Shown: piece by piece, positions 1 to 14,415 of the stretch
Layout of the letters: the number at the start of each line of letters is the position of its first letter
Position numbering within the stretch: position 1 is the first letter of the stretch
Assembly: GCA_002104905.1 (NCBI GenBank)
Contig: MCFE01000212.1
Location: 63,293-127,292 of the forward strand
DNA: 64,000 nucleotides
From: Basidiobolus meristosporus CBS 931.73
Lineage: Eukaryota; Fungi; Basidiobolomycota
Direction: 5' to 3'
Translations under genes and position numbers: made by a program
Notes under the pieces: generated by a model
What the model saw: only the letters and a program-made list of their open reading frames with translations
Databases searched by the model: none
Told to the model about the DNA's origin: nothing

Positions 1-736
1 AACCTCATTCAAATCTCTTTGGTTCTCAAAGTTGAGGCACAAATGGACATGTTTGGCTTGTACTGAGCAAACTGGGTGCAAAATTGCTCACGCATGGCTT
101 CCTCATCAAATCCCCTCACTATCAGTTCATTCTTGATTTCAATACTTTTCTTGGTTTATATCTTCTTGCATATATCTGCTGCCATCTTGATGTAGAGCTC
201 ATGCCACAGCTTTCTACTCAGGTTCTTCCATTGCTGTTGACTCTCCAAGGTATCTAGTTCTGCTAGATTAATGAGCAGTGCCCAAATATCTGTTTGAATG
301 CTCATCATAGACACTTTGACCATACTGAAATCACTTAGCATGAACTCAAACAGATCCAACATTGACTTTTCTGGTCCAGACTACACTTGTGAGCTGGGGG
401 ATGGATTTTTTCTGGATTGTACTAAAGATGAGTTGAGGCTTGGTATAGGGACCATGGTGACAGATTTGGATACTTATACAGTAGTGTATTGATATCAACC
501 TGGTCTTATATGAAATATAAATGAGATCCAATGTGATTATTGAATTTTCCATGTATTATGCATGATGCCTCTTGGATTGCATTAACACAGATCAGATCAC
601 ATCAATTGCAGATTTCCTATTTCACTCCAGACTTGTGAGTAAAACACCAATAAAAATATCAAGTCATTGTTTGAGAATGATTTTTTCAACATAATAATGG
701 GATACATGGCAATTGATGGAGACTTAATCATAATGC

Positions 737-1614
737 ATGGAAAATTGGATAAACCAAGCTGATTGCGCCATATCAATTCAAATGACCTCAGCCCAATCAT
801 CTACCAATTTTGATATGACTTACTCATCTGAATGGTCTTTTCTCATCAATCCCATCACTACTACTGGAGTTCCTTTTGACACACTAGAGGAGACTGATAC
901 TAAGTACTGTGGACCATCTAATGCAATCTACCCAAGGAGATCCCTTGTCAAGCCTCTCTGCTATTACAAGAACTATTGCCCTACAAGGTTTCATCCCACT
1001 ATCCATGGTAACAGAAGTCCTAGAAGCTTTCATTCCCAGCTGACAGCAATGGAGAACCTCCTTGCAAAGGGTATGCATGACTTAGAGCAAGCTTGGAGTA
1101 TTAGGTTCAGAAGCTCCAATACACTTCCATATGCCACAGTGCTCAGCATTGGGTTCCATATAAGGAGTATTATGGATACCTTCCCAGTCAGGATTAACAG
1201 ACCTTCTACAGGGCAGAGGCACTTTTCTTCTGGCAAGTACAAGGCACACTGTGTAAAGCTTCAAGCACTGTCTGACATTGAGGGTTACATCATCTGGTTT
1301 AGTGGGCCATTTGCTGGAAGTAGGCATGACAAAGAACCCTGGGTAGAGAATCATCCAGAATTCAGTAGAGGGGAGAAATGTATGGCAGACTTACCTTATA
1401 TAGGAGAGGATTATCAGAGATTAGGAGATATTACAGCTTATAGGAAGCCAAGAAATGGTGTGCTTAGCAGGAAGCAAAAGCTCTACAATGAGATATCTAA
1501 TTGATTCAGAGTGAGGGTGGAGCATATATTTGGATATCTAAGGACATTCAGCATATTGGTAGGTAAACACAGCGGAAAGTCATGTACAGGAGAAAACAGC
1601 AGAATAGGTAAAAT
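737..1614 (+). pseudogene. DDE_Tnp_4-type (IS5/Harbinger) transposase, copy A, disrupted
   Basis: Motifs IMDTFPVRINRP, SGKYKAHCVKLQ, GSRHD, MADLPY; after the TGA at 1502-1504 the frame continues as FRVRVEHIFGYLRTFSIL; 3' end displaced by the MITE. Confidence 0.85.
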
Positions 1615-2345
1615 AGACTTGTTCCATTGGATAGTGCCACATTGAGCCATGAGTGCCAAATAATGCCATAGTGTGCCAGGCAGGCCAAGTAAGCCTATAC
1701 TTGGCCACAGAGTCTGATACATAGCTCTTTGTCTTCATGCAAAGCAGCCCCTTTGTTTCACCCACCATGCTGGAGAAAGTCCATTTTTTGCCTTTTTTTT
1801 TTGGATCAATGTTGTGCAGGGTGTGTAAGAGCACAGAAGGACTGAAGACATGCATCTGGTACTCAATACCTATGGCACTCTGAATCTAGCTCCTGTAGGT
1901 TGTATCATGTCACAAAAATGCTTGGCACTATCTTAGTCCACTGGTACTATCTGGCGCTATATTTAAATATTAGCCCTAAAGTAAGATCTATACAAAGCAC
2001 TTATAGTGCCAGATAGTATCAGTGGACAAAGAAAGTGCCATGCATTTTTGTGACATGATACAACCTACAGGAGCAAGATTCAGAGTGCCAGAAGTATTGA
2101 GTACCAGATGCATGTCTCCAGTCCTTTGGGGCTCTAACACACCCTGCACAACATCAATCCAAAAAAAGGTTAAAATATGGATTTTCTCCAGTACAAGGGG
2201 TGAAACACAAGGGCTGCTTTGCATGAAGATGCAGAGCTATGTTTCATACTTGGTGGCCAAGTATAGGTTAATTGACCTCCCTGGCACACTATGGCATCAT
2301 TTGGCACTCATGGCTCAATTTGGCACCATCCAACAGAACAAGTCT
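1615..2345. mobile_element. 731-bp foldback (palindromic) MITE of the Harbinger-like family
   Basis: Ends AGACTTGTTCCATTGG...CCAACAGAACAAGTCT; AAT duplicated at 1612-1614 and 2346-2348; empty site visible in copy B near 23360; about 345-bp arms are inverted copies of each other around an about 45-bp spacer. Confidence 0.9.
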
Positions 2346-2859
2346 AATAGCTAAGATACATATCTATGCACAGTACATACATACAAGAAGATATCCTTAG
2401 AGAAAATGTGTCTGGCACATTATGAAGAGAAAATAAAGCCAGGAAAGCACAACTCTGAGAAACATAAGTAGGATTGAGTAAAATCACCAGTAACTATATC
2501 CATCTGCTTGCATTATGGTAGAATTTATAGTGCTAGATAGTGCCACAGAGTGCCAGATCAATGCAGCACTATAAACAGGATGGCACTTTGTGGCACCATC
2601 CAATGGAACAAGTATTTTTTACCAACATTATGTACTAACCCTGAAACTGTAACAGAATGCTCCTGAATGTTAAGAAACCCTCCTTATTTGATGGTACAGC
2701 TATATCACTTTAACAAAAGTAGAAGTAATGACCCTCTTTATGAATGAACAATAGTTGGACTATTATCACTACTTCTTGATAAATTCCTTATATGCAAATC
2801 ACTTCATAAATTGCCACATATACACAGAGGACTCATCAAGACAACAATTCCCAAGTATC

Positions 2860-4272
2860 AGACAGAGGGGGAGTGAATACCTCAAAGAATTACAAGATGA
2901 GCTTCAATAGGAAGAATACATACCATGAGCTGCTGCATCTAGACAGTGACAGCATTCCTTGCTGAACTCCTTACCATCCCCTTCTGTGTTGATGCACTGG
3001 CACATGTCAGTCCAACATATGCCTACACTCTTCACAAGAGTGCTCTGGATTGAGTTAACATGCATGCTTGAGAGAAAAACCACCAGAACTCACCAAACTG
3101 CTCATGCAGACATAAGTCCATTGGAGAGGGCCAAGTTGCATCAACATGTAACATCACATCAAACTCAGCCAATGGCTATGCCAATGCATTAAGTTGCACC
3201 TGCGCATGCTGTTGCTCCTGACTTACAGCTAGTTACATCTGGTGAACTGACTGGTGATGACGCACATGAAGTGCCTTCACCACTAGAGCCTTTGACAAGT
3301 AAAAAAAGTGTCAGCCCATGGCAAATAAGACCAGGTCCATTATATCATCTGGAGCAATACAGCATGGCCAAGCTCCAGCATTGCACTCACAAACTAGGTG
3401 GCATAATAATGACTACAAGTAAACAATTAATCCAGATGATAGTCAACAAGGCAGTGTTTGGGCATTTAAAAGGAATTGCTACCAAATGCTTCAGTGGTAG
3501 TCCCTAGGAGAAAGAACCTAGCAGAAGATGATGCAATTTCATTGAATTGCAACCATTTGTTGTGATCCAAATAACACACTTTTTCTTGCAAATCAAATTG
3601 AGCCATTGCAAATGAGTGATCACTATATATTTTTTAAGTAAAGTGAATTTTTTTCACATTTGAAACAGAACACCCTATACTAAGCACTTGGCATATTAAT
3701 ACATCATCTGTAACACCAGTGCAGTTGTTTGATCTGATTTGCACCTACATGATTGGTTGCATGCTTGTTATGACACCTTGTCTAATCAATAAGATCAGAG
3801 ATTCAGAGGCTCAATGGGCAATATGGGAAATCTTATGGCAAATCAGGTAGCTTTTGCATTGTTCAATGAGTCAGTTGAGGGTTAACAGCTTCAGGATACT
3901 TTCAGACCAGTCAGCCATTGATATTCCATACATTTAGAGTGATGGTAACCAAAATGATAAGTATCAGTGTGGCTTATAGAGGGATATGGATTTTTTTCCA
4001 ATTAAATCAAAGAAACAAATCCAAATACTGGATTTTACATCTCAGTTTGATGGTATCTGATCATGCATGTGATGCAAGCATTACAAGTTGGTGCAATCAT
4101 CCATGCCAACCTCATGGTGTCAGACTAAGCCATGGTGTGCAAGACTGACCCACATAGTGCAAAATCATTCAAGAGCAATCCTGCCTACTGGTAGCTACAA
4201 CACTGCACTCAGATGCTCTTTGCATCTGTGGATTGCACTATATGCCATGGCATGCTGCAATGGGACAAGTCT
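2860..4272 (-). mobile_element. Inverted, truncated copy C of the Harbinger-like element (ORF2 3' half plus left end)
   Basis: 2880-3560 matches ORF2 region 20960-21640 in opposite orientation; 3700-4272 matches 20214-20780 reverse-complemented; TIR caatgggacaagtct followed by ATT at 4273-4275. Confidence 0.8.
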
Positions 4273-7200
4273 ATTTGTCAGTTGGGCTTGCCTAAATAAG
4301 GGTAGACCATAGTGTGACCATTAGAATGCCATGCAAGTCTTTCACCCAACTGTCAAAAAGCTCTCAATTTTGATAATCTGTCTGGATCTAGAACAATAAA
4401 CACTGATACAATCCCATCATAAGATCATGAACAGAGTTAAGAATTCCAAGCTGCTGGCATTATGTAGCCTAATGGCAGGGTTCTGAGAGCTGATCAGCAC
4501 TGCATCCACCTGCATGACTAAAATTTTTTCATAGAGTTTGGTTCCTAATAGGTCCATGGTACACTAGCTGTAAGATGCCAGCATGCCAGACTTCTAATTG
4601 TCACTTGAAAATTAATGCATTCTTCATCATTGTACTAAATGGCTTTGGAGAACTTCAATGTTTTTGGTTTTTTGGGCTTGGCATATACATCTGTGACTCT
4701 GTCCCCCATACTAAGGCAGGTGTTCTGTGTGCCGTATCCTTGAGTACCAATAGACTGCTCCAAAAACTTACTGGTGGCCCTCTGCAGATACACCACAAGG
4801 TGGATCAACTTTGATTAGCAAAATAGAACTACTTGAGGTACTTCCTTACAGCAAAGGTGCTTAAATAACAGCAACAATTCTCATGAAATGACCTACGTCA
4901 GTGTTACTATCCTTACCATTTCCATTTTATATTTGGTAACTCTTTGATACTAATATTTTTGCCCACTGATCCTTGATTAGTTGGATGTGCTAAGCAATCT
5001 CAACCTTCCAGAACCTTCTTACAGTATCTCTAACTTGTTGTGCCATTACCAAGACCAGTATACAAGGGAAACCTCTAAAACTTGGTCACTAATAATGACT
5101 TGGCAATCCTTTTAAGTATAACAAGAAGTCAGTCCCAGATCAATTAACCACCTCTTTTATTAGCAGTACTTTCCTATTGATGGTAAGTATTTGATCATTG
5201 AACTTAACATGAGCAATACACATTAGCCCTGCTATTATGGAGCATTGAGGGTAGTAACAAAAGTTATAAAGGCTTTTATAAACACATGGAGCACCTAGCA
5301 AAATAGAGATGCAGCATCATTAATATAGTGCCAGTGCTAGAAACACCTACAAATTAGGACCAGCAGTTGTTGTAATCATCAGACACCAAGCACACATAGG
5401 GTAGTGTACTTTTACCTACTATATACAAGTGGTGAGTAGACCTCCAGCACTTTAGGATTTTTTGCAGTGATGTTTTCTATCACATCCTTGGCCAATATTG
5501 CACATAGTTAGAGCCCAGAGTAGGAATGGAATTTTGCCTTGGTATTCTGAGATTACCAAAGAGTATAGATGGTATGATGGCAGAATTCAGGAGCTAATCA
5601 ACAGCCAGGACATTAGATTTGAGGAGAGATTGGATCGAAGAGTCTCTGAAATCATTAGCCAGCTTCCTTATGATGCATTAATCACTTATGAGAAAGATAA
5701 GTACCTAACACAGCCAGATCATGGTGTTAGACTGTCAATTGCCTCTGCAATCATATATGTTATGTTCAACAGTTATTGTACCAAGCAGCCAAGAAACAAG
5801 GATTTCTCAGAAGATATATAAATCCTTTCATCTACCTTGACACTGGATGGGATCTCTTTGAACATGGTTCTTGCTTTAAACCTGCTGGCCACTAAATCTC
5901 ATTGCCCAAGGTCTACAGCCCATGTTATGCTATTGGAGCAGACATCTGATGGCAGTTTTGCTGATATCTGAGACTAATTCCCCTTTCAATGTAAGCAGTT
6001 ACACATACCTATTGCTGCATAGATGTTGTATGTAATCATAAAGGGTGATAATGGGTGACTACTATATCAAAGCTCATGGTTTTTTCCATATCCAGGGAAG
6101 CTCTGACACTGACAGCCAAGTTTTGCATGGGGCATCTCAAGCTAAACAAGCCCTTGGAGACACCAGAGCAATTTGAAGGAGTTGCCTGATGCCATTGCTT
6201 CTTCACTGGTTTCCATACATCTTAATCTTTGCCTAGTACTCCAACGGCTGGCACCTCATCAGCAGGGTCATTGCATCAACACCTAATAATATTCAAGTGT
6301 GTTTCCATGAGCATTACTCTGAAAGAAAGTGCTGCACCTCTGACTGCACCCATTATTTTTCCAAAATTCCACCGTAGGCATCATTATAGTGATCAAGTAT
6401 CTTGGCATTGTTGCTTTGTCTGTCAGTAGTATTGCCACTCTCTACAGCAAAAGATGTGGAAGCTATGGTAGACTAAGTGCATTTCTATGCAACCTAAACT
6501 GTATCAATAGAGTGTAGCCCTACTAGCTTCATTTCCAACTCTAGAGGAAGCAGCTATTGTCTACTTGAAGATTTCTCTCAGCTATCATACAGTTTGGACT
6601 GTTCTAGACTAATGGCCTTGATAGGTGAGAACTGCTAATCCCTGCTATCTCAATCAAGTGCTTGTATTCCAGCATGCTTTCTATGCAATAAACAAGGAAG
6701 TGGTTCATCCATTGGTGCCAGCCTGTCTCTTACTGGAGCTTTTCTCATCACTGGGCAGTTCTTTACCTCATGCTCTGGGCTTTCTGTTGCAATTTAAGAA
6801 GGGCTTGGGATATAAGTAACTTATCAAGATATTATGATAACAGTTGAAATGCTGCTTATCCTTAAAGAAGATCAGTATTTATAGCTTTGTACAGGTAATA
6901 CAATTGTGACACTAGGTCAGGTGAGTTTCTCAATAGGCATGAACATTAAGTAACAGTTTCAGGGTTATTACATAATATTTGGAAAAGTGCTAATTTAATT
7001 CTGATTGTTAGGGAATAATGATAGTATCATAGATCTGAAAGAGAGTGGTAAAGTTGGTGCTGTAAATAAGTCCCGCAGTGACAAAGACTAGTTCAGAATT
7101 GGTGAGTTGTTTTTTGGTTGTTGAATGATACCAAATAGCCCAATATTGCAGCACTTTCAGCTCTGCTGGTGATAGGCTCCTAAGGATGCAGTTTGTATTC

Positions 7201-9569
7201 ATCACTCCCAGGTTTTTCCCCACTATTTTGACTATGAGCTGAGTAGAACAACATTTTTGCTTTGAGAGATGTTGCACTGTTAGACCCATGCCAGCCTACT
7301 TGTTCCTTACCAGCATGCTGCCTGCTAACTTATATTTCATTGTTGCTGGCCTAGAGCTTTTGGCCTTGCTTGTGATAGGCTTTTGAGGATGCCACAGGCT
7401 TGAACTTTGGTATAATAAGCACAGTCCCTCCCTCCCCTTCTTAGATTGGGCTTTTAGTGGACTTTATTTTTGCACACTGCTTTTGTGCATTAAAGACTTT
7501 GCAAGGATCCACTGCTGTTGGCTGGAAAATGGTTCAATTCCAAACTGTCAGGTCTCCACAACATTTGGCAAAACAAATTGCCAACATTTTGGGAATATTC
7601 TATTTATTCCCTGTCAAAACAAGTGCATGCAGTTCTACAAATTTTGTAATGCCTTAAGGTGCTAACATGGTACCAATCAAGCACAAATATTTCTAGTATG
7701 TCTTGTATGCATCTAACTGCATGAGCTGTATATATGTTAGCTCAAATAGCCTTTCAAAGCAATTTCAATCTAGTGCACAATGAATTCATTGGGAGTCCTA
7801 TGCTGACACTGTGGGGATACTTATCCAAAAGCAGATTACTACTACAAATAGAATTCCTCAGCAACTTTTATGCAAGAAGCCTGTGACAGGAGTTGATTGA
7901 ATTTACTACAGGCAAAAAATCAAAAATGCTGATCTCATAGTAGCTGGTGTGCATGTATGTAGAGGTTAATATACAACAGGCAAATTTTTTGATTTAAACA
8001 ATTTGATAGCTCTGGATGCAAGGGTACTGATGGTATCTACTCCTGTATTAGCTTATATTTCACAGATCAGGTTCCATCATACTTGGCTAATACTCCAACA
8101 TATCCAAAGACTGGTCTCAGCAACTAAAATAAAGCAATACAATACCTTGGCACAGGTGATTTAAATAAGCTGATTTGGCACATTTGAGCATAATGTTAAA
8201 GAATAGCTAATAATTGTAGCAGTGATGGAAGCTCCATCTGGCTTAGATTGCTATAGTGACCTCCTATATGAGACTCAAGCTAGACAACTATGGGACACTT
8301 CCTTAATATCTAACAATTTACTGCTTTTACAATATCTTTTTGAAAGTATTGATAAGAGCTCAGTAAAGTATGCAATATAATAAACAGTTATTCTACATGA
8401 ACATAACATCAGCTGATGAACTAGTGTAGTGAGCAATATAAATAAAGGTATGAATCATATACCTATATACACAAATGCTATGTAGTCTCCCCATTGATGT
8501 AATTCTCTAACATGTACATATTGCTAGACTTAATTTCACTTTTCTGAAGAATAAAGTTAAGGTCCACATTATGCTTATATGTAAGATTTGTTTTGTTGGT
8601 TGATGCCACACTCAACTATGCTTACCATATAGTGTCATAGTGTGCCATTGCTCTGGTGCTCTATCCAGACAAAATCTCTTGGGTAGGACTGATGCAAAGC
8701 ACTTGTAGTATTGGTGGACTAAACAGTACCATTCATCCATGTAAATCTAGCAAACATATAACTAATCTCAGCATACTATGAGTGTAGTTTTTTGTGCATC
8801 CCCAGCATATGATGGTACTATTTGGCACCAGTAGCCTTTGGTAGCTTTATCCAATTGTACAAGGCTAATACACACCAAATTCCAATTTTTCAAACTGAAC
8901 TGAGTTTGGTAAGAGTATTTCTGATACTACATATCTGGCAGCAAAAGGGACATATCTTTCTGCAGAAGACTAAACCAGCAAACACTTCATAGAGCTTACT
9001 AATCAGCTGCCCTCTACTTCCATCAAGTATTTCTACAAATATATAGGTAAACTCAACAGCTGTGCACCAGCAAAGCTTGTTTAAATACCAGCCAAGTCAA
9101 GCTGAAGGTCAAATGAGTTCATAGGTGCTAGTGTGAAATTGGCTAGCTCTGGTGCATAAAATGTAGCAATTGACTATGCTACATACCACTCCTCATGCCT
9201 GCTAGTAGCAGAAGAACTGTAAAGGTAAAAGAAGAAAACTTGACTTTGGTGGACTTTAATCACATTGATTGATGAGTGTGTGAATGTGCTAAGTGCTAAT
9301 GTTGGGTGCAGTGACTTGTGTAGGTTAATACAACTGGCCACCAAATAGAACTGAAGATGGAGTGAAAATAAACCAATTTGCATTTATCAAAGTTGGAACA
9401 TTATGTCAGTTAGGAAGTGGGAAGTGTGCAAAAGGAGCAATACCCAATCAATATACACAAACATAGGGTCTGACTGGGTAATCTACAGAAGAAAGTAGAA
9501 GGAATTGCAGTGTATCAATCAAAAACCACTGATGTACCCTATGAAAAGTAACTGGGTCCTGCAGGAGGA

Positions 9570-10328
9570 TCTGATCCTGGTCAGTGCTCTACAACTATTT
9601 TAAATGGATCCAACATGTGAGGACATTGTATTGCCTTATATGACAAAAATCTTGATGGTGTTACAGTGGCCTCACAGTAAGATTCTGATGGCATTATAAC
9701 AGCAGTATGGTGGCCTACAGCTAGTTCTGTATAATGCTACTATACAATTTTACCAAATTGTATTTCCTTTTTCTACCTTCCCTTGTGCAACTCATATATT
9801 CCACTGTAGAATACCCCTCTTTATTTGCTCACCCACTACTACCTTGGGTATTCTACATGTGGTTTGAATCAAACAAAGCTATGGCCTCCTGCTTATTAAG
9901 CTCAACAAACACGCACACCTGCCGCAGTTGACATACTTCTGTCACCTCAACTTTACGGCTTTTTAATGTGATTCTTGCCAAGTTGCCATATACCTGGTAC
10001 TGCTGGTAACATATACATCTTGCAAACATATTGTTGGTTGTTGCCACTTCTGCCATGAATATCTCATGAATATCTGCAAAGAACCTCTTGGTATTTAGCC
10101 AGTATATATTGCCACACCCTGCTGAATTCTAGTCCCCCTTATAGGTGTGCTCTGGCTCTTGTTTGTGTGGATTCTGCATTGAATGGTGTAGAAGTTGGCT
10201 TGTGACCATGAGAAACTCTGCACATCTTTGTAGAGTTTTTGTAATAATAAATAGTTGCTTGTTGCACCCAACCCAACTTTGCATTATTTAACTGATTACC
10301 TATCCATTGGGGCTGCTTAGCTTCTTAA
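9570..10328 (-). mobile_element. CACTA/EnSpm-like transposase remnant, copy 1
   Basis: Reverse-complement homology to 16280-17030; cut at 10328 by the Copia 5' LTR. Confidence 0.55.
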
Positions 10329-10675
10329 TGTTGTAAAATTTGTATTTCCACCTAAATATTCACCTAACTTAGTCACTAAGATCATCACCTTCAAATCCTA
10401 GAGAATACTGACTAAATTCCTTGTCAGATTTACTTAGAATATTTTCACCAAAATACCAGGTACCCAGAACATGAAAATTCTCAAAGTTGTCCAAACAGCC
10501 CCAAACTTTGCACACATGTTCTTGGGACCTTCCTTAACCTATTCTACGTGTTTGTAATGTCAAGACCAGTTAAAAGCATAAATACTGCTTTTACATTCAA
10601 TAAATCATTAAGTAAAAACCACATAATCTACTTGTTCTCCAAATCACTTCCAATATCTCCAAGACTCTTTCAACA
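10329..10675 (+). repeat. Copia 5' LTR (347 bp)
   Basis: TGTTG...CAACA termini; followed by PBS and gag; homologous to solo LTRs at 18746, 34969, 35103 and about 36896. Confidence 0.85.
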
Positions 10676-10687
10676 GGTTATGAGCCC
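10676..10687 (+). promoter_or_regulatory. Copia primer-binding site GGTTATGAGCCC
   Basis: Directly after LTR end CAACA; resembles the GGTTATGGGCCC internal tRNA-Met-type PBS of copia elements. Confidence 0.75.
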
Positions 10688-10706
10688 CAAGCTGTCACTC
10701 TCTGCA

Positions 10707-13700
10707 ATGTCTACTACTGCTATTACTGGAATTTTTCCCTCTGCTGAAAAGTTGGATGGATCTAACTACCAAGTGTGGAAGGTGAAGATGAAGATGCTGC
10801 TACAAGAAAGAGGCCTTTGGGATATTGTCATGGGAAAAGAATGCCCTCCTAAAAATGTGTGAGAGGAAGCCTTAAAGTACCAGAAGAAAGAACAAAGTGC
10901 CTTTAACTGCATTTGCCTTAATGTCAAGGACAAATTGCTAATTCAATGCTGAAGAGCAAAAACGGCAAAGAATGCCTGGAAAGCATTAGAAGACACCTAC
11001 CGGTCATGTTCAGCTGCCAAGAAAATGTATCTGGGACAAGAATTCTTTACCACAAAGATGCTGCCAGGAGAAGAAATGAAAAATCTAATTAACAGCATTA
11101 CCCTGCTGGTAGATGAGATGAAATCTGTGGGCGTACCAACTACTGATGAGGATGTGATAGTTACCATCCTGAATAGCCTGACAGATGAGTTTCAGGGCCT
11201 TGTATCAGCCCTAGAGTCCAGAACTGAAGATTTGACCTTAAATTACATATATGGAAGGCTCCTGGATGAAGAATTAAGAAAATCAAGTGCCAATAAGAAG
11301 CAAGAAGAAAATGCTTTAATAAGCAATGATAACCAACAAAGGAGGTACCCAAGACCCTACAAAGGCAACAGCAACCTGTTTTGTAACTACTGCAAAAGGA
11401 AAGGACACACATCAGACCGGTGTCTCAAAAAGAAAGATAATCAGCAAAAGAAGCCTGAATATGGAAATGCTGCAACAGCTGAAGAAAGATCATTCATATC
11501 TGCACTAAATATGACCACAAGCAAGGATTCTCAGACGTGGTATATTGACTCTGGAGCATCTCAACACTTTACACACCAAAAAGAACTTTTTACCCAATTT
11601 CAGGAAATTCCAATTAAGAAGGTTTTCATGGGTGACAATAGAACACTTGATGCAGTGGGAGAAGGAACTATCTAAGTAAACCTTAGCAGCAGTGAAGGAA
11701 GCCATACACTGCCCTTCAAAGAAGTACTCTATGTACCAGAAATAGCCAAGAACCTACTCTCTGTAAGCAAGGCCACAGCAGAAGGACTCAGTTTTGGTTT
11801 TGACAATTCTGGATGCAGGATCACTGAGCAAAATGGTGCTCATATTGCTTTGGGCTTCACAGATCAGAATCTATACAAGTTGACTTATATTCCATCATAT
11901 CTGGAAGCCAATATAAGTAACTTAAGTGAAGAAACACCAATGCTTTGGCACAGGAGATTTGGACACGTCAATTTTAATTATTTGTGCAAAATGATCAAAG
12001 ATCATCTAATTTCTGGAGTGAAAATTGATCCCCCAGCTAATTTGGAGCACTGTGAAGCCTGCATATATGGGAAACAAGCCAGACAACCGTTCAAGAGCTC
12101 TGGGTTAATCAAAACTAAGAAAAAATTAGATCTAATTCACTCAGATCTGTGTGGACCTATGCAAAATTTATCCTTAGGCGGGATGAAGTACTTGATCACT
12201 TTTATTGATGATTATACAAGATACATATGGGTCTACTTCATGGAGAGAAAGGAAGAAGCTCTGTCTAAGCTCAGGGAGTTTAAAGCCATGGTGGAGAGAG
12301 AAACTAGTGAAAAAATCAAGAAAATACACTCTGAAAATGGTGGAGAATATACCTCCAAACTCTTCATCCACTTCTGCAAAATTCATGGGATAAAGCAAGA
12401 GACTACTGTACCATACTCCCCACAGCAAAATGGAGTAGCAGAACAAGCTAACAGATCAATAATTGATATGGCAAGATCTATGATCCATGATCAAAAATTA
12501 TCCTATGATTTTTGGGCGGAATCAGTTGCCACTGCTGTATATCTTAAAAATAGGAGTTATAACAGAATACTTTGTGATTCTACTCCATTTGAAGCATGTT
12601 ATGGATACAGACCAAGTGCAGAACATCTAAGAATATTTGAATGTACAGCATATGCCAAAAAACTGGCCGGAAATCAGTCAAAATTTAAGCCAAAAAGTGT
12701 AAAATGCATATTTTTGGGCTACTGCAATGAGAGTAAGGCATACAGACTCTACAATACCAAAGCAAAGAAGCTTATCAAGTCCAGGGATGTGTTGTTTGAT
12801 GAGAATTCAAAATTTTCACAAAAAATGACATCAGATGATGACAAAAATTTGATCTCAAGTCCACCAATTGTCAGGATTGAATCAGAGCAAAACAATGAAA
12901 ATTTTTTCACTCCAGAGGACTCTGCAACCGTGGTTCAGCCAGAATCAATGCCCAGGAATATCCCAGAAGTGATCATTTCAGTATCAAATGCCCAGAGATC
13001 CAATCGGACAAGAAATAGCCCAAATTACTATATCAATGAGGGTACAAACTTAGCCTATGCCTATTTGGTCCATGTTGATCAACCCCAGACTGTAAAAGAG
13101 GCCCTAAATAGCCCTCAGACAAGTTTTTGGAGATCTGCAATGATTGAGGAATATCAGGCCCTGATGGAAAATCAAACTTGGGACTTAGTCAAATTACCAA
13201 TCAGCCAAAAATCAATTGGATGCAGATGGGTCTTCAAGACAAAATACAAGGCTGATGGTACAATTGAAAGATACAAAGCAAGACTTGTAGCCAAAGGATA
13301 CTCTCAAACAAAAGGACTTGACTATACTGAGACCTTTGCACCGGTAGCCAAGTTTAATTCCATTAGATTAATATTGGCTATTGCAGCCAAATATAAGTTT
13401 ATGATTCATCAAATGGATGTAAAAACTGCATTTTTGAATAGGGAACTTGATGAGGACGTGTATATGGACCAGCCTGATGGTTTGTTGACCAAGATAACCC
13501 CCATTTGGTCTGCAAGCTTAAAAAGTCACTATATGGTCTCAAACAATCACCAAGAGCCTGGAATTGCAAGATAGATTCTTATTTGGAATCTTTGAGTTTC
13601 AAAAGGAGTAGTGCTGACTATAGTATATACTATAAGCCAGATAGAGTAAATCCAGCTCTATTAGCTCTATATGTGGATGATCTTATTATGGCCGCCAATA

Positions 13701-14415
13701 ACCTAGAAACTTTGGAAGAGACTAAATCCAGCCTAGCTATGGAGTTCAAGATGTCTGATTTAGGAGAACTTAGTTACTACTTAGGGATTAAGTTCTCCAC
13801 AGACAGAAGTACCCAGACTATCACCCTAAGCCAATCCAAGTATATTCAAGATATACTAAAGAAGTACAAAATGATAGACTGTAAACCGGCAGCTACCCCA
13901 ATGGAGACAAACCTTAACTTGGTCAAAACTCAACCAAATCAACAGAGCTTGGTGCCATCTGAAAGCCCTGACTTTCCTTATCAATCTATGATCGGCAGCT
14001 GGATGCACATCATGCTTGGAACACGTCCAGATATCTCATATTCAGTGGGAGTTGTCAGCCAACATAATCAGAATTATGGCTCTGATCATATTGCAGCAGT
14101 TAAGCGGATTTTAGATACCTAAAAGGAACTGCTGATATCTGCTTAAGATACACTTATAAGGATTCAGAACAGGATCTTGTGGGATACTCTGATGCTGATT
14201 GGGGACAAAACTTGGAAGACAGAAGATCCACCACAGGATACACCTTTCTTTACTGTAAAGGAGCCATTTCATGGAATTCAAGAAAGCAACCAACCGTAGC
14301 ACTTTCTACTACAGAGGCAGAGTATATGGCAGCCTGTGAAGCTATAAAAGAAGCAATGTGGTTAAGAAAGCTCTTTACAGATTTAAGCCTATGTCAAAAA
14401 ACACTGATAATGTAA
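10707..14415 (+). pseudogene. Ty1/Copia gag-pol, disrupted (gag, CCHC, protease, integrase, RT, RNase H); 3' LTR not found
   Basis: KLDGSNYQVWKVKM, CNYCKRKGH, WYIDSGAS, WHRRFGH...CEAC, IHSDLCGP, PQQNGVAE, RYKARLVAKG, QMDVKTAF, LYVDDL, YSDADW, STTEAEY in copia order; in-frame stops at about 10860, 10950, 11673 and frameshifts near 13490 and 14120. Confidence 0.95.

Larger units (their letters stand above)
1..2615 (+). mobile_element. Decayed PIF/Harbinger (ISL2EU-like) DNA transposon, copy A (left part outside window), interrupted by a MITE
   Basis: 1-560 aligns to 21750-22330 and 737-1614 plus 2346-2615 align to 22490-23632 of the full-length copy; degenerate right TIR caatggaacaagt near 2601-2613. 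Confidence 0.85.

Noticed and set aside
4400-9500. CpG-depleted region including ORF 5498-5821 and a repeat shared with 19390-19530
   Set aside because: Probably old transposon DNA, but I could not assign any family from translation
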